From the NCBI GenBank assembly GCA_963665125.2, contig CAXXUK010000001.1:32001-96000 (forward strand): 64,000 bases of DNA. Reading direction: 5' to 3'. A model generated the notes under the pieces. That model ran no database searches and was not told the DNA's origin. It saw only the letters and a list, made by a program, of their open reading frames with translations. Below are positions 61,028 to 64,000 of the stretch, piece by piece (within the stretch, counting starts at the first letter, position 1; every line of letters begins with the position of its first letter). The stretch comes from an uncultured Desulfarculus sp. (GTDB lineage: Bacteria > Desulfobacterota > Desulfarculia > Desulfarculales > Desulfarculaceae). Position numbers and translations under genes: made by a program.

Positions 61028-61669
61028 ATGGAGTCAAACACCGAGAACATCGCAGCCGCTGAGCAGGCGAAAAAACCGAAGGGACCTGCCACTCGGGCCT
61101 ATGAACCGGCTTTCAGCAACGAAGTCTACGACAAGGTTGACTGCGGTTCAGAGATCAAAAAGTGCATGCAGTGTGGTGTTTGTGGTGCTACGTGCCCGTT
61201 GCGGGAGCATATGGTTCATGGCCCCAGGCAATTGTGGGCGCTGATAAAGGCCGGCAGGCGTGACGAGGTGCTCAATAGCCCCGATATCATGCTTTGCACA
61301 TCATGCTATACCTGCAAGGTCCGCTGCCCCAGAGGCGTCAGGGTTATCGATGTCATGCACGGCCTGGCCAATTACGCCATTTCCCAGGGCATCGTGCCCA
61401 GGGAAGAGACGCTCAAATTCGGCAAGGTCTTTTGGAAATCGATTTATAAAAAAGGCCGCGTGGACGAAACCATGGTCGGCCAAGCCTACGCCTTGGCCGA
61501 TGGCCTTGTGCCCGGCATCAAGCGCGGTTTGGAAATGGCTCCCATGGGCCTGGCGATGATTACTCACAAACGAATGAAAATGTTACCCATTAGGGCAATC
61601 AAGGGCGCCAAGGACCTGCAGAAGATGCTGGATAAGGCCGCCACGATGACTGCCGCGGAGGAGGCATAG
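61028..61669 (+). CDS. hdrC: HdrC-like iron-sulfur subunit
   Basis: CMQCGVCGATCP and CTSCYTCKVRCPRG; no TM cytochrome b domain. Confidence 0.88.
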   Translation: MESNTENIAAAEQAKKPKGPATRAYEPAFSNEVYDKVDCGSEIKKCMQCGVCGATCPLREHMVHGPRQLWALIKAGRRDEVLNSPDIMLCTSCYTCKVRCPRGVRVIDVMHGLANYAISQGIVPREETLKFGKVFWKSIYKKGRVDETMVGQAYALADGLVPGIKRGLEMAPMGLAMITHKRMKMLPIRAIKGAKDLQKMLDKAATMTAAEEA

Positions 61670-61670
61670 C

Positions 61671-62549
61671 ATGGACTACTTCCTGTACTCCGGCTGTTCG
61701 CTCGAGTCCGGCGGCTCACACTTCATGATCAGTTTTGAATCCGTGGCCAAGGTCCTGGACATGAATCTGGTCGAGATCGAGGACTGGAACTGCTGCGGCG
61801 CGTCCATCGCCTACCTGGGCGGTAACGAGATGCAGCAGATCGTCCTCAACGCCCGCAACCTGGCTCTGGCCGAAAAACAGGGCGGTATGGACATCGTCGC
61901 CCCCTGCTCTTCCTGCTACATCATGATGAATAAGTACAACCGCGAATTGCAGGAAAACCCCGCCTTGCTGGCCCAGGTCAACGAAATCCTGGCCGAGGGA
62001 GGGCTGAGCTATTCCGGCGGTCTGAAAGTGCGCCATGTCCTGGACGTTTTGTACAACGACATCGGCGTTGAAAAGATAAAGGGCCAGGTGCGCAAGCCCC
62101 TGTCCGGTGTCAAGGTCGCTTCCTACTATGGTTGCCAGACCACCAGACCTTTTGGCGAATACGACTCAGTTGAAGACCCCACCACCCAGGACGAGATCCT
62201 GAGGGCCATCGGCGCGGAAGTTGTCAATTTCGACAAAAAGGTCAAGTGCTGTGGTTCGGGTATTTTCCTGACCGAAATCGACCTGTGCGCCCCCCTGGTG
62301 GACGATATCCTGGGCAATGCCAAGGAAAACGGCGCCGAGGTGATAAGTACGGCATGCCCCATGTGCCAGATGAACTTGGAGGCCTATCAGCCACGAATCG
62401 GCAAGATGCTTTCCAAGGACATCACCATGCCTGTCCTGTTCATCACCCAGCTTATGGCTGTGGCCCTTGGATTGGATGCTAAAAAAGAGGCGGCCATCGA
62501 TAGAAACATCGTCGCACCGGAAAGTGTGTTGCGCGTGGCCGGCGCCTGA
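61671..62549 (+). CDS. hdrB: HdrB-like CCG-domain subunit
   Basis: YSGC, WNCCG, YYGC, KCCG, ACPMCQMNL. Confidence 0.9.
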   Translation: MDYFLYSGCSLESGGSHFMISFESVAKVLDMNLVEIEDWNCCGASIAYLGGNEMQQIVLNARNLALAEKQGGMDIVAPCSSCYIMMNKYNRELQENPALLAQVNEILAEGGLSYSGGLKVRHVLDVLYNDIGVEKIKGQVRKPLSGVKVASYYGCQTTRPFGEYDSVEDPTTQDEILRAIGAEVVNFDKKVKCCGSGIFLTEIDLCAPLVDDILGNAKENGAEVISTACPMCQMNLEAYQPRIGKMLSKDITMPVLFITQLMAVALGLDAKKEAAIDRNIVAPESVLRVAGA

Positions 62550-62634
62550 TTATCTTTATACATAGACGCACTGTCCGCGCTGGGGCTAGCGTCCCGGCGC
62601 GGATTTTTTCTCACGCCCATTGCGGAGTGATGCC

Positions 62635-62907
62635 ATGAACCAAGACAGAGACAAGACGATTTGCCCTCATTGCGGCGAAAAGATGAAAAAATGGGGATCG
62701 CCGGTTACCGCTACATGGGGCGGCGAATACCTTTACATCTGTTTCAACGATTCCTGCGGCTATTACCAAAGAGGTTGGGATCACACCTTTAAAAAGATCG
62801 GTATCAAGGCGAGTTATCGCCATCGTTACGATCCGGAAACTGGCCAGGAAGGTCCTTTCCCGGTAAACTCGCCTGATGCAGGCAAAGACGGTGTTATCGA
62901 CGACTAG
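62635..62907 (+). CDS. Small Zn-binding protein
   Basis: CPHCG ... CFNDSC.YY..GW. Confidence 0.75.
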   Translation: MNQDRDKTICPHCGEKMKKWGSPVTATWGGEYLYICFNDSCGYYQRGWDHTFKKIGIKASYRHRYDPETGQEGPFPVNSPDAGKDGVIDD

Positions 62908-62971
62908 ACCACATTATGCATGACACGTGCGGAGCAGGGTGTGTGCGCCCTGCTTTTTACTGAGTGATTCT

Positions 62972-63721
62972 ATGGATTTAAGTAACATATCCCGCAACGA
63001 TCTCTGCCCCTGCGGCAGTGGAAAAAAATTCAAGAAATGCCACATGGGCCGGGAACACGAACTGCTGGGCGACACACTAAACGCCGACCCCAGCAAGCTG
63101 GCCCAGCAGATAATAAAACTGCCCGCAGCCAATCACCCCAGGGCCGCCGAGATGGCAAAGGACATGATCATCACCTCTCCGGCAGGCAAGGAGATCAGGG
63201 TTAAGCTCGTCGATCTGGCCGCTTACCAGAATCTGACGCCGTTTGCCAGGCAAAGCGGCGGGGCCCAAAGCGGTGGTGGCGTGGTTATCAACCCCCTTAA
63301 GACCCGGCTACTGGACCCTGGGTTTGTTTATCTGGCGCTGAGCCCCAACGCCGGCGAGTCAACCGTGTTGCACGAACTTGCCCATGTGGAAGACATTGTC
63401 AGCGGCTCTTGCGTGCCTTCAGGCAAGGCCCAGCAGATGGCCGCCGAGATGGAAGTGCCCCTGGAATTGCTTGAGCATCCCCAGGAGTTCGGCGAAAAAA
63501 TGCTGGAGCTGGCCGAGAAGTTCGATGTTGAACTGGATGCCGAAGACGAGATCATTGCCATTTTGACCAGGCGCAAGCTGCTGCTTCCGGCCCGCACGGT
63601 GGCCAAGGGACAAAAGGCCGATATCGTGGCCGAGGCCGAAAAGGCCATGCGCTATCTCAATGAGAACCAGGAAGAAATAAACGCCCGCATTGCCGGCAGG
63701 CTGGGGTATCGCGGCAAGTAG
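62972..63721 (+). CDS. SEC-C motif protein with an HExxH motif
   Basis: [25 protein letters not shown]. Confidence 0.85.
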   Translation: MDLSNISRNDLCPCGSGKKFKKCHMGREHELLGDTLNADPSKLAQQIIKLPAANHPRAAEMAKDMIITSPAGKEIRVKLVDLAAYQNLTPFARQSGGAQSGGGVVINPLKTRLLDPGFVYLALSPNAGESTVLHELAHVEDIVSGSCVPSGKAQQMAAEMEVPLELLEHPQEFGEKMLELAEKFDVELDAEDEIIAILTRRKLLLPARTVAKGQKADIVAEAEKAMRYLNENQEEINARIAGRLGYRGK

Positions 63722-64000
63722 CGTCCGCACTGCAACTCGGCTGAAAAAATAGTTTATTTAATTACCAACGGTCTGGTCTGTCCAGGCCGTTGCTTTTTTG
63801 GGCCTGGCCGTATATATATCATAGAGCCTTCCGTGACCTATTACTTGATAACCCGGTATCAGCATTTGTAAAATGTCACGTTGTCGGTTGCCCGGTCAGG
63901 CCTTGTCGGCCTGGTTCTTTTAGTTTTTTCGATCGGAAAGCGTGACTATTGTTTTGACAAAGGTATACAAGTTATCTATTCATAACAATCGTTCAATGTC

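Overview
This is GC-rich DNA from a dissimilatory sulfate-reducing bacterium, probably Desulfobacterota (aprBA-qmoAB followed by hdrCB). The left ~18 kb is an accessory region, probably one genomic island integrated at the 3' end of tRNA-Glu. It holds the end of an N-type ATPase operon, a Pat acetyltransferase, and rpiB and ftsZ remnants. It also holds an IS1111-type IS110 element nested in the left end of a truncated IS3, a broken type I-C cas7 with a 6-repeat degenerate CRISPR array, a tyrosine resolvase with a dif-like site, an HTH/NUDIX-like gene, and a DUF4258/membrane/VWA/VirD4 operon ending in xis-int. The rest is core-like: two tRNAs, two-component systems, korDABC, three paralogous lipoproteins, two YkgJ proteins, two TetR-linked catabolic clusters, an RNase E/G gene and the apr/qmo/hdr cluster. 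The most striking unexplained signal is a pair of homologous structured non-coding RNA candidates (25114-25197 and 28956-29057). Each has its own sigma70-like promoter placed so that transcription would start on the first base of a covarying closing stem, and each has a predicted pseudoknot. Second is the IS1111 non-coding end, which carries short segments matching its own reconstructed insertion site. All calls were made by eye, with no database searches.
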